This document shows positions 1-11,659 of a DNA stretch of 64,000 nt, piece after piece (position 1 is the first letter of the stretch; every line of letters begins with the position of its first letter). Source of the stretch: Eledone cirrhosa (Eukaryota); contig OZ024743.1 of NCBI GenBank assembly GCA_964016885.1, forward strand, positions 353,276,001 to 353,340,000. The letters run 5' to 3'. A program made the translations under genes and the position numbers. The notes under the pieces were generated by a model. That model was not told where the DNA came from. It made no database searches and saw nothing but the letters and a program-made list of their open reading frames with translations.

Positions 1-165
1 TATTATCTAATGTAGCCTTCCTTTTCAAAGAGTAGGTACTGTGTTGTTTTAGAAAGATCCAGCTGCTATTTCTAGAAGGTCAAACGACCGTATAGCAGCT
101 CCCTCATTATAATTATAGGTAAAACAAAAGGTAAAAATCAAACACATTTATAATTGTATAAAGAA

Positions 166-609
166 GGCACATGGCTTAGTGGTTAGAGCATTGGGCTTGC
201 AATCGAAAGGTTGTGAGTTCAATTCTCGGACCGGGTGATGTGTTGTTTCCTTGAGCAAGACACTTTATTTCACATTGCTCCAGTTTACTCAGCTGTAGAA
301 ATGAGATGATAGGACTGGGTTCTCTATCATTCCACTGCAAAGTGGTTGTGGAGGTGCCACGGCAAAAAAGCACCCAGCCCACACTGTAAAAGTGGACGTG
401 TAGGCGCCACGGAAGAAAAAAAGCACCCAGCACTCACTGTAAATGAGGTTGGTGTTAGGAAGAGCATCCAGCTGTATAAATCAAGCCAGAATCAGTTCCC
501 GTATGAGCAAGTCAAGGTCAGCCGACCGGACACTGCCCACAACAGGACAACCCGTCTAACCCATGCTAGCGTGGAAGAACGGACATAAAACGGTGAATGA
601 TGATGATGA
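166..609 (+). mobile_element. tRNA-derived CORE-type SINE with RTE-derived tail
   Basis: A box TGGCTTAGTGG, B box GAGTTCAATTC, CORE-like ccttgagcaagacacttt...cagctgtagaaatg; tail matches 18905-19170. Confidence 0.85.
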
Positions 610-814
610 AAGAAATAAAACCTAATTTTAATTTCTTTATACACACTAGACTTTTAATCATTTGAAACCATTATATTGTCCCAATGCTTTAGAAAACTGC
701 TCAAAACTCAATCAATGTGTATGTACATATATATAGTTAATAAATGAAAAAAACAAAACACAAGAGGTAATTTTACAGTTATATTAGGTTCACACTTAGT
801 GGAAGTGGAGGAGG

Positions 815-850
815 TTTCAATGTTTCGGACAGAAGTCCTTCTTCAGGAAA
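815..850 (-). ncRNA. Minimal hammerhead ribozyme motif in a solo Penelope pseudo-LTR fragment
   Basis: Reverse complement TTTC-CTGAAGA-A-GGAC-ttct-GTCC-GAAA-CATT-GAAA. The downstream AACCTAATATA is shared with the 20.7 kb copy. Confidence 0.75.
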
Positions 851-929
851 GTTTGGATAGGGAGAGAACAGATACATATATGATGATGATGATGATGACA
901 CACATACACACATAAATATATATATATTT

Positions 930-1220
930 TTATCATCACCATCGATTAACGTCTATCTTCCATGCTAGCATGGGTTAGATGGGTTTGTCCCATTTAGAGG
1001 CAAGTTGGGTCAGGTGACTGTGTCTCACTCATATAGTAGTGATTCTGGCTGGTTTTCTACAGCTGGATACCCTTCCGAATGCCAACCACATTGACAGTGT
1101 GTGCTGGCTGCTTTTTGCCGTGTCTTTTCACGTCCAATTTACAGTGTGGGCTGGGTGCTTTTTGTCGTGAGACCTACACGATGACTTTACAATGTGGGCT
1201 GGATGTTTTGTGGTACCAGC
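930..1220 (-). mobile_element. RTE 3' UTR fragment
   Basis: Reverse complement resembles 18900-19170 (ccatgctagcatgggttaga, gctggat.cccttcc, cagtgtgggctgggtgct). Confidence 0.75.
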
Positions 1221-1364
1221 ATAATATATATATATATATATACACATGCACATATGATAATGACATACACATATATTTGCGTGCATATACACATACCATA
1301 TTATGTAATATACATATCATACATATACATACACACTTCATATTTATACACATAAATATATCAT

Positions 1365-1985
1365 CAACCTCGTCGATTAGCGTCAATCATTCATGGGTAG
1401 GATAGATTGACCCTCAGGGAAAAAAATCAGGTCAGAGGACCATGTTTAGCTCACCCGGGGCAGATTTTGGCTTGGTTTCTACAGCTGGATGCCCTTCCTA
1501 CTGCCAACCACATTTACAGTGTGTGCTGGGTGCTTTTTGTCATGTCACCTACACAACCACATTACAGAGTGAACTGGGCACTTTTGTTGTGACACCTACA
1601 TGACCACTTTACAGTGTGGACTGGGCACCTTTGTCATGTCACCGACACAACCACTTTACAGCGGGGGACTGAGCACCTTTGTCTTGGGACTAGGGAGAGG
1701 GGAGGAAGCTTCGGGAAAATGTGGACAGGGTAGTAAGGGAGGTATGGTTACCGCTAAGGGAGGTGAATGAGAGAGGATAGAAGGTTGAAGAAGGTGTTGC
1801 CTAATAGATGTAAGCCTCAGCCTGAGAATAATAGAGCACGGGTCTTCTGTAAAACTGCAAGTCACAGTCCTGTGTCATTGCCTTTGAGCGGTGTAATTGT
1901 GCAAGGTCACTTTTTATTACCTCATCCTAAGTCTTCCTAGGCCTGCCCACACCATAGCTACCATCGACTTTGAGCGCTCTGCACT
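1365..1985 (-). mobile_element. RTE 3' end of an older subfamily
   Basis: Minus strand reads RALKVDGSY..GRPRKT*DEVIKSDL, then a 3' UTR with several tandem ~40 bp units. Confidence 0.8.
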
Positions 1986-2813
1986 ATATATATATATATA
2001 TATATATGTAGTGACTGAAATGGTCGCTTAGCAACTACCAGTTGCTTCCCCTTAACAACTCTTCAGAGAGCGGAGGCAATAGACATCCGGTCACAGACGC
2101 TGGTTTGAACAGACGTGAAAGGATTCGCTCCTGATAAAATATTGACTATGCTGTCTTCGTAAAAGATGATGTGAAAATGCCCTCCTTCGGATCAAGGACG
2201 CTACGATATCTCAACGAATAGGCATTTGCTTATGTCTTTGTTATTTCTGTACCGGAGAATATTATTACACCCTTTTTTTTATTAACCCACAAGGTATGTT
2301 TAAATTGATGTTGTAGGAAATTTATTAAATATCACATTTAAAAAAAGAGCGTTAAATTTTGATGGTTCACCCCCTTTCTGGAGTCATTTATTCAACAAAG
2401 AGAAACAATGAATTGTCCATTCATCGACAAACATTTGTTTCCTTTATTGATGACCTTCGCCGATTAAGTATGAAAACGCAGCCTATTTGAATTCGCCATT
2501 CGTTTTAACGGCAAGGTGGAGTGGCTTAACATTTGGAATGTTCGAATCGGGTAGCTAGACTCACTTAGCGTAAGTCCATAAAATTCATAATATTCCATTT
2601 GTTGAAGCACGCGGCCTGCACAATATTTCTGTCATAACTTTCATGGTAACACTAGTAACTCACGCATACAGACGAACACAAAAATACAACACAAAAGAAA
2701 CCGGCCAACTTGGAGTCTTCAACTGATTTCGGAGTTCCAGTATATCCTTTTGGTCATATAGCTGCTTCAGGGACATAATTCGTCCTTAAAAATTTTTCAA
2801 ATCTTCGGCAATC

Positions 2814-3632
2814 ATGAATCCACATCATTTGCTGACCTTCGCAGGCGACATCGTATTATGGTTTTCGCAGCTCGAATGCTACTTCGACTTGACCCATACT
2901 AAGGAACCAAACAGGTTAAAGGTCCTGATCAATGGCCTGCCTGTTTCCTTGGCATTCTCGGTGAAGGACGTGGTGACGGATTTGGACGCCGACGTTACCT
3001 ACGGCTCGTTAAAAACCGAAATTCTTCGGAGAAATACCAAGTCGGTGGAAAGTCGTTTTCGGGAGTTGTTGGAGGATGCGCAAATGGGTGACAGAACGCC
3101 CAGCTCCTATTTGTGACATTTGAGCGACTCCCAGGGGATGGACACCCCATTCATAAAACAGCTCTTTTTCTCACGTTTACCGCCAAGTGCGCAAAGGGTT
3201 TTGGTTAATAGTTTGGAGAGGGAGTCGTTAGAGCAACTTGCCGCATCCGCGGATAGAATACTTGAGGTGGACTCTAACAGCAATCAGCATAATCCTTGTG
3301 TGGCTTCTTCTTCTGTTCCCCCACGCAATACTTCTTTGGCCGACAGCAAACTGTTGGAGATGATCGAAGCGCTCACCCAAAAAGTGGAGGATTTGACCGT
3401 ACAACACAGAGAGCCTTCTCAACGTTTGAGGTACTGTTCGCCTCCGTCTGCTATTCCTCGAAACCGCTACGAGTACCGTTCGCCGCCGTCTTCTATTCAT
3501 CGCCAGCACTACAACGCAGACAACAATAATTCTTCGTTTTGTTGGTATCATACTAACTTCGACAGTAGGGCACAACGTTGTCACACGCCCTGTAATTACA
3601 AGAGATCGGGAAACGCAAAGCAGAGTCACTAG
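2814..3632 (+). pseudogene. Gypsy gag (stop at 3114-3116)
   Basis: WFSQLE..F, LGD/MGDRTPS..L, LA..ADRI and the CWYH..F...A..C..PC zinc knuckle are typical of this gypsy gag group. Confidence 0.88.
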
Positions 3633-3651
3633 GGGCGGCTAGTGAACTCTG
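3608..3651 (+). promoter_or_regulatory. -1 ribosomal frameshift signal (slippery heptamer plus hairpin)
   Basis: G GGA AAC in the gag frame, 6-nt spacer, hairpin CAGAGTCACTAG-gggcgg-CTAGTG(a)ACTCTG. The -1 frame runs into the protease. Confidence 0.85.
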
Positions 3652-6470
3652 GGAAAATCGACCGAACCGCCATCTTTTCGTATACGACCTGCGGTCAAAA
3701 AAAGTTTTCATTGTCGATACTGGCGCGTCGCTGAGTATTTGGCCAGTCAGTTATCTCAAAAAAACCCCATCTGAATCAAATATAAATCTACGAGCAGTCA
3801 ACCACACGGCCATTCGAACGTACGGGCAAATTTCGCTTCCTCTTCGGTTAAAAAATTTGCGTTCTGATTTGAAGTGGAAGTTTACTATCGCCGACTTGCG
3901 ATACGCTATTTTGGGAGCGGATTTTCTCCACCATTTTTCCTTGTTGGTGGACATCCGCAGATAACGCCTTTTTGATGCTGAAACAGGCCTTTCTTTCGAG
4001 GGTTCAGAGCCGGACGTCGCCACAGTCAGCCCTTCCTTTTTCTTGGCTGAAGTGGGCAACCAGTATCAAAGCCTGTTACATTCATTCCCTCAGTTGACGC
4101 AGGGAAAGTTACGAATTACTAGCCCGGATCATGCGATTGAACACTTCATATCCACTACAGGTCCACCTGTTTTCTCACGTCCTCGAAGATTATCTGCAGA
4201 GAAGTTGAAAGCTACACGTCTTGAATTCGACCACATGCTGGAATTAGGAATAATTCGGCGTTCCACAAGTCCTTGGGCATCGCCTCTACATATGGTACTT
4301 AAATCTTCTGGTGATTGGAGACCGACGGGTGACTACCGACGCTTAAACGCGATTACTGTGCCTGACCGTTATCCAATCCCGCATTTGCAGGATTTTGCAT
4401 CGTCATTGCAGGGTTGCAGAATCTTTTCTAAGCTTGATTTGATCCGCGCTTATAATCAAATTCCGGTTAACAAGGAGGATATCCCAAAGACTGCTATTGC
4501 CACTCCTTTCGGATCATTCGAGTTCCTCACTATGCCTTTCGGCCTTAGAAATGCTACAAGTACCTTCCAACGATTTATGGATGATGTTACTCGGGGCCTG
4601 GATTTTGTGTACACGTATATCGATGATGTGTTGATTGCTAGTTCTTCTCCTGAGCAGCATTCAAGGCATCTGGATCTCGTATTTCGTCGTTTACAGAGAT
4701 ATAATGTTCATATTAATGCTTCCAAGTGTGTTTTCGGCTCGACTTCACTAACATTTTTAGGCCATCTGATTGACGCCGATGGTATTTGACCTCTTCCTGA
4801 GAAGGTTAAGGCAGTATCGGATTTGCCTCCGCCAAGTTCACTGCGACAATTGCGTCAATTCTTGGGCCTTGTAAATTTTTATAGGCGATTCGTACCTGGT
4901 TGTTCCAACTTGCTGTTCTCGTTGACAGAAATTTTTAAGGGTTGCCGGCGTAAGAATATGGACATTTCCTTAAATAAAACGCAGCTTGAGGATTTTAAAA
5001 AAGTGAAAAAGGCGTTAGCGAGCGCGTCTTTGCTCGCCCACCCAGTACCCAACGCCAAGCTATCGCTCTGTGTTGATGCTTCGGATAGCGCCGTGGGCGC
5101 AGTCTTACAGCAGAAGTATGATGGGTTACAGTAACCACTCGAGTTCGTTTCGAGGAAGTTAAAGCCTGCCGAAACTCGCTATAGCACCTTTGGAAGGGAG
5201 CTATTAGCAATTTATTTATCAGTGAAACATTTTGCTCATGTACTTGAAGGTAGAACATTCACCATTTTCACTGATCATAAACCTTTGACGTTTGCTCTTC
5301 AAACTAAAGCAGACAAATACTCGCCCAGAGAAACGAGACATCTGGACTTCATCTCACAGTTCACGAACGACATTCAACATATTCCGGGTTCTTTGAATAC
5401 AGCGGCCGATGCGCTGTCTCGCCGGCCGATCGCATCAATTTCGTCTTCCGAGGAGATAGATTTACATCGAATGGCAGCTGCCCAACCCACTCTTGAATCG
5501 TTGGATGTTACATCGCCAGAGTTTGTACATTGCAAACTGAAATACATTCCGATCTCAACTGCTGACGGACAAATACTGTGTGATGTTTCGTTGGACTCAC
5601 CACGACCTCTAGTCCCAGTGGAACATCGACGAACTGTGTTTCTCTTAAGGCTCCTCTCGGAACCTTCACCTGCCCGGATGCAAGATTTCGTCACATTCAT
5701 GTAGACATCGTCGGCCCGTGGCCGGTTAGTCGTGGTTTTTCGTATCTTTTGACGATTGTTGACCGTTTTTTGCGTTGGCCTGAAGCCGTCCCTATAACAG
5801 ATATCACCGCTGAAACCACAGCCCGTACTCTCATATCTTCATGGATCGCTCGTTTCGGTGTACCAACCACCATAACAACGGATCGTGGTTGTCAATTTGA
5901 GTCTAACCTCTTCCGAGAATTAACCCAAATCCTGGGGGCTAGTCGAATAAGAACCACGGCTTACCACCCAGCCTCAAACGGAATGGTGGAAAGATTCCAC
6001 AGGCAACTCAAAGCCTCCTTAAGGGCTTCCATGGACTCTTCACGTTGGAGTGAGTACCTACCTATTGTGTTGTTGGGTATTCGGTCAACGGTAAAGGTGG
6101 ACCTTGGGTTCTCCTCTGCCGAATTAGTTTATGGTACTCCTCTGGTGTTACCGGGGCAAATGCTGGCCCCTTTTGACCTGACTTCGCAGGACGCCGCTTC
6201 CTACGTGTCCCGGCTTCACTCTTATTTCAAGGATCTACCACCGATGGGCACTAGGAAGCAGACTGTAAAAACTGCCATCCCAAGGGATATTGCCTTGTGG
6301 ACACATGTGTTCGTTAGAGACGACGCCGTGAGACCCCCTCTTCAACGGCCGTACTCTGGACCCTATCGTGTGCTTGCTCGCACAGACAAACATTTCACAC
6401 TGGACATTCGGGGTTCCAGGGAAACGGTTTCCGTTGATCGTCTCAAACGAGCAAACCTGGACAATGACAC
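3608..6470 (+). pseudogene. Gypsy pol (PR-RT-RNaseH-IN), disrupted
   Basis: FIVDTGAS protease; RT WASPLH, DYRRLN, MPFGL, YIDD; RNase H DASD, RELLAI, TDHKPL; integrase HVDIVGP, TDRG, NGMVER, GPY. Stops at 3962, 4787 and 5132; the HHCC region is missing near 5645. Confidence 0.95.
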
Positions 6471-6927
6471 AATGACACTTGAAACTCAAATGCCCCCTTC
6501 TTTTTCTTTGCCACATACAATTTTGATTGTTCACCCCCTTTCTGGAGTCATTTATTCAACAAAGAGAAACGATGAATTGTCCATTCATCGACAAACATTC
6601 GTTTCCTTTATATATATATATATATGATGTATATCGTATATGTGATGTATATCGTATGCTATACGATATGCGTTATGTGTTGCATTCGATCTCCGCGCGA
6701 TGGTCCAGGTCAGTCAAAATCTTTCCCTGAGTTCAGTCTTTTTCGTTGCTATGGCAACGCGGCTGGATTGCTGGTCGCTATATTTGATTTGCAAAGCTGT
6801 TTAAACATATTGTTATAACTCTGGGGTATTATTCTCCATTGAGTGCTAAAGCTACATTCCGAATCTGCATTCGTTAGCTTAGCCGCAGCCTAAAGCTTCG
6901 TTAATGCTGTACTAAAATTTGTATGTG

Positions 6928-6941
<14 letters not shown>

Positions 6942-7010
<69 letters not shown>

Positions 7011-7046
7011 AGAGAGAGAGAGAGAGAAAGAGAAAGAGAGAGAGAG
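6942..7046. repeat. (GA)n microsatellite
   Basis: Direct reading. Confidence 0.98.
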
Positions 7047-7512
7047 AAACACACAGATCTATCTAATGCCTCCATCAGTAAGGATTGACAATGTATATGC
7101 AATTCAAAAGTTCCTCTATCTCCAGAGCAAAAGCCTGATCAAACTTTATAGATCAGTAGCTGCTCATGCAGCATGTCACCCTTCTCCCTAACGCTAATGT
7201 TGTTCAAGGTAAAAGGCAAGGACCAATAATATAGATTGATACCAGTGTTCATCATCATCATCATATGTCCCATTTCCATGCTGGCATTGGTTATCATGGT
7301 CCGAGATCTGCTGGAACAGAACGACCAATATTGCTTGCTACATTTTATATTTGGCATGGTTTCTATTCTTACAGGGAATACTGGGAACATATTTCATGAC
7401 ACTAGCATGGGCGTGTTTCTTGTGACACCAGCACTACCACTTCACAGAGGGGACTGGGTGCATTTTATCGTGATACCTAAACATTTGTCACAGGCTAATT
7501 CATAATGTTCTA

Positions 7513-7840
7513 ATCATCATCATCATTTTACGTCCGCTTTTCCCTGCTTGCAAGGGTGGGACGGGAACTGATTCTGGCTTGATTTCTACAGCTAGATGCC
7601 CTTCATTTACAGTGAGTGCTGGGTGCTTTCTTTTTTTTGCCGTGGTACGGTCCACGACCACTTTGCAGTGGAATGATAGGGACCCCAGTCCTATCATCTC
7701 ATTTCTACAGCTGAGTAAACTGGAGCAATGTGAAATAAAGTGTCTTGCTCAAGGAAACAACACATCACCCGGTCTGAGACTTGAACTCACAACCTTTTGA
7801 TTGCAAGCCCAATGCTCTAACCACTAAGCCATGTGCCTCC
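7513..7840 (-). mobile_element. CORE-type SINE, short tail
   Basis: Head and body nearly identical to 166-345; different shorter 3' end. Confidence 0.85.
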
Positions 7841-8989
7841 ATAATAATTGTGCTAATCCACCATCCTTAACTAGCACTTTATTTTATTGACAGCCACCCC
7901 AAACCCCTCCCGGAAGGATGAAAACAGAGTTGACCATAGCATGATTTGAACTCACAATGTAAAGAGCCAGAACAAATACAGTAAGCCATTTTGTTGGACA
8001 CGCAATGATTCTGCCAATCTGCTGTGAACGAAGTGAACTTCTTAATTATTCAGTTATACCAGTGTTGTGTGTGTATATATATGCATGTGTATATGTATGT
8101 GTGTGCGTATGTATGTATATGTATGTGTTTATGTGTTCATGTGTATGTATGTATGTATCCATATGCGTATGTATGTACACACATTGTTTTAGAGATTTGA
8201 AACTATGGCAGAAATTTAGAAAAAAATAAACACAATTCTCAAGACCTTTAGTGAAAAGGTCAAAAAATGTGTTAGTGTGTATATAGGTTTATATATACAC
8301 AGAGATGTGGATGTGGGTAAGTGTATGTATATGATGAATTCACAAAGTAATCTATTTTAACAATTTCTAATTGTTTCTCAAACAAATACCAAACTACGAA
8401 AATAAATTATTTTTTTTATTGCTACTGACAGTTTAAGTTTAAACATTTGAGTAGCAACCTTGGCAAAATAGTTAGAACATTAGCTGGATGCCATTTTGCC
8501 TATAGTATAACACCTATGTAAATTTAACTGGCCTCATACAAGGTTGTATCTCAGAGGAGGTTTCCCTGGTGTTTTAATGATAGGTCCTCTTTTTTCAGTA
8601 CCAAACATAACAGCCCCATTGCAGGATTTAACCCCAAGCTGCTGCTACTGGTACTCATTCTTTTTTCAGCTGAGTTGACTGTAGCAGCGAGAAACAAAGT
8701 CTCTTGCTAATGACCACAAAGTGCTGCCTGGTTCAGGAATCAAACCCATGATCTCGTAATTGTGAGTCAAACATCTTAACCACTAAGCCATGTGCTTTCA
8801 CATTAAAATATTGTGGCTAAGAAGTTCACTTGACAACTGTGTGGTTATGGATTTGACCCCACTGCATGGCAAAGTGGTCAACTGTCTTCTCAAAAGGTTC
8901 CAGAGGACCAATACTGTATGGGTAAATTCAGTTTATAGAAACTATAACGAAGCCTGTCATGTGTGTGTGTGTGTGTGTGGGGGGGGGGG

Positions 8990-9316
8990 TCATCATCATT
9001 TTACGTCCGCTTTTCCCTGCTTGCAAGGGTGGGACGGGAACTGATTTTGGCTTGATTTATACAGCTGGATGCCCTCCTAACACCAACCTCATTTACAGTG
9101 AGTGCTGTGTGCTTTTTGCCGTGGCACCTCCACGACCACTTTGCAGTGGAATGATATGGACCCCAGTCTCTATCATCTCATTTCTACAGCTGAGTAAACT
9201 GGAGCAATGTGAAATAAAGTGTCTTGCTCAAGGAAACAACACATCACCCGGTCTGAGAATTGAACTCACAACCTTTCGATTGCAAGGCCAATGCTCTAAC
9301 CACTAAGCCATGTGCC
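8990..9316 (-). mobile_element. CORE-type SINE, short tail
   Basis: Near-identical to 7513-7840. Confidence 0.85.
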
Positions 9317-9321
9317 TATAT

Positions 9322-9434
9322 ATAAATCAAGAAAGAAGAGTGACATGGTTTGCTATACAATAAGGGCTTTAATCACAACCCTTATATAGCCCTTATTGTA
9401 TAGCAAACCGTGTCACTCTTCTTTCTTGATTTAT
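9322..9434. repeat. Near-perfect 47-bp inverted repeat
   Basis: 9322-9368 is the reverse complement of 9388-9434 with one mismatch; 19-nt loop. Confidence 0.92.
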
Positions 9435-9604
9435 CATTACTCCAAGTGTAAACTACATAGAAATCACCGTGTACTTGCAGCATCACTATGGAAACGCCTT
9501 GTTGAGTCAAACTTAGCCAAGCGTTGATACTATCCACTACTCGGAGTACCCTAACTGAACTACCTATAACAATAATTTGTTATCCCGTATATATATATGT
9601 ATAC

Positions 9605-10900
9605 ACGAGGTACATTCAAGAAGTTTTTTCTTGAGACATTTTCTCTTCAGGCACTTTTAATTGACCTATGTAACTCACTTTAATACATCCTTGATATGGT
9701 TATAATAAGCTAACATGCCAAATCTTTTTTTTTTCCAGGTTGAAGATTCAGACCACTACAGCATTTTAAACATTACCAATCATACATGTCTTGTCACAGC
9801 TGATTGGTTCCACAATGCAGTCGGGACGTGAGAAGCTGGAGGCCCGATATACAATAAAATTTTGTGTCAAGCTCAGCAAAAACGCTGCAGAGCCCTATGA
9901 AATGGTCAAAACTGCTTTCGGACTAACTTTCATGAGCTGGGCGACTGTTTTCCACTGATACAAGAGGTTCCAGGAGGGTAGGTATCAGTTGAGGGACGAC
10001 GAGAAGTGAGGTAAGGAGAGGGACATCAGGACGCCAAAGTTGGTCAACAAAATTCGCAAATTTCTGAACGAGGACCATCGTGCATATCTTCTGACGATTA
10101 CTAAACAATTTAAAGTGACTGAGGGTACAGTACAGAATCATCATTATCATCATTTTACGTCCACTTTTCCCTGCTTACAAGGGTGGGTGCTCAATGAAGA
10201 TCAAAGGCAAAGGTGTGTCCATGACAGCAGGGAGATGGTCAAGTGGATCACTTTGAATCCAAGTGTCCCTGAGTCTCTGGTAACTTGTGACGAAAGCTGG
10301 GTCTACTGTTATGATCAGGAAACAGAGTGCCCAGTGGAGACATTCTGATTCACCAAGACCCAAGAAGGCCAGGCAAAGCAGGTCCACTGGGAAGCTCATT
10401 CTCATTCTTCGACAGCAAGGGCATCATTTACATCCATTGGGTCCCCAACAGCCACACAGTCAACAAAGAGTACTATGTCAAAGCTTTGAGGCAGTTCAGA
10501 AAGAGATTTCATCGCAAGAGACCAGAATGCTTCAAGTCTGGTCGGTGACAATGCCCCCTGCCACAAATCTATCCTGGTGACCAACTACTTGGCCGATATG
10601 GAGATCAAGACTGTCCCTCATCCTCCCTACAATCCAAACTTAGCCCCATGTGACTTCTGGATGTTCCAGAAGCTGAAGGAGAAGCTCAGGGGTATCCGCT
10701 TTGAGGATGTGGAGGAGAGGAAGGAAGCTGTACACCTTCACTTTGGAGAATAACAAGGGGCCTTCCAGAAGTGGCTAGAGCACTAAAACAAGTGCATTGA
10801 AGTTGGAGAATCTTACTTTGAGGGAGACTTAAATTTTGTCTTGATCTGAGTTAAATAAATGTCTCTCTGATAAAAGTCTCAAAACCTGTTGAGTGTACCT
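9605..10900 (+). mobile_element. Old mariner transposon
   Basis: Degenerate TIRs (gaggtacattcaa / ttgagtgtacct). IKFCVKL, TCDESW, DNAP, HPPYNPNLAPCDF. SINE-tail fragment inserted at ~10137-10188. Confidence 0.88.
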
Positions 10901-11543
10901 ATAAATATATAAAAAGACCTAAGAGTCAGGTGAAGGTGTTAAACCAGGTGACAGATTAAGTCTGCCACTCATGTAGGTCACAGCAGGATTTTAACTCAAA
11001 ACAAATACCATAGAACATTTAATCCAATACTTTAGCAATTCTGCAAATCTCCTGCCCTGGATTAGTGCTTTAATTTTATCAACCCCTAAAAATTGAAAAG
11101 GAGAGCATATCATGGCTGGATTTGAATTCAGAGTGCAGAAAGCCGAAACAAATGCAGCAAGGCATTTTCTCCGAGACTCTAACAACTCTCATAATTTGCC
11201 ACTAAATATTTATAGACTTGAGTTGACCCAAGACCTGTTAGTGAAATTGGACAGATAGAAACTGAACTGTACCTATTCTTGAGTGGAGGCTTGATCAGGT
11301 TTTGTTAGCAGTACAAAGGTAACAAAATGAATAAAGAAATAATTAAATATCATATCATATATCCCTAGAAATGTGTCTAATAGTTGTCAGGTCTAAAAAG
11401 AAAATTCACAGCCAAATAGTCATAAAAATTGATCAGATTTGACTGAATTTTGTGACACACCTAGAAATAAGTGTCACAATACAGTCTGGAAACCTTTATT
11501 CTATGACACTCAGGAAAGCAGAATAAATAAAAACAATACATAC

Positions 11544-11659
11544 ACTGCCACAGGCAGATTTTGGCATGGCTGGCTTATTTTCTCCATCTAGTTCTTCTGC
11601 CAGACCACAAGTGCAGTTCTTGCAAGCACGCTTCTTTTTCCTACTTCCACCACAGTCAG
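11544..11659 (-). CDS. CIAPIN1: Anamorsin coding exon 5 (Fe-S binding Cys motif 1 and start of motif 2)
   Basis: Acceptor tttttcag|CT. Reads [22 protein letters not shown]...PKSACGS. Donor |gtatgt. The expected final CYLGDAFRC exon was not found, so it presumably lies left of base 1. Confidence 0.97.

Larger units (their letters stand above)
2007..6609 (+). mobile_element. Decayed Ty3/gypsy LTR retrotransposon
   Basis: Starts TGTAG after (TA)n. Domain order gag, PR, RT, RH, IN. A ~90 bp direct repeat lies at 2357-2446 and 6521-6609 (LTR remnant). Confidence 0.93.

Noticed and set aside
166-240. tRNA gene
   Set aside because: A and B boxes are present but run into a SINE body found in several copies; no full cloverleaf.
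7060-7250. Possible coding exon on the minus strand (ORF 7139-7390)
   Set aside because: No recognisable protein motif; resembles SINE tail sequence next to an RTE tail fragment.
1-11543. Final anamorsin exon (CYLGDAFRC...)
   Set aside because: Searched by eye on the minus strand and not found; assumed to lie outside the window.
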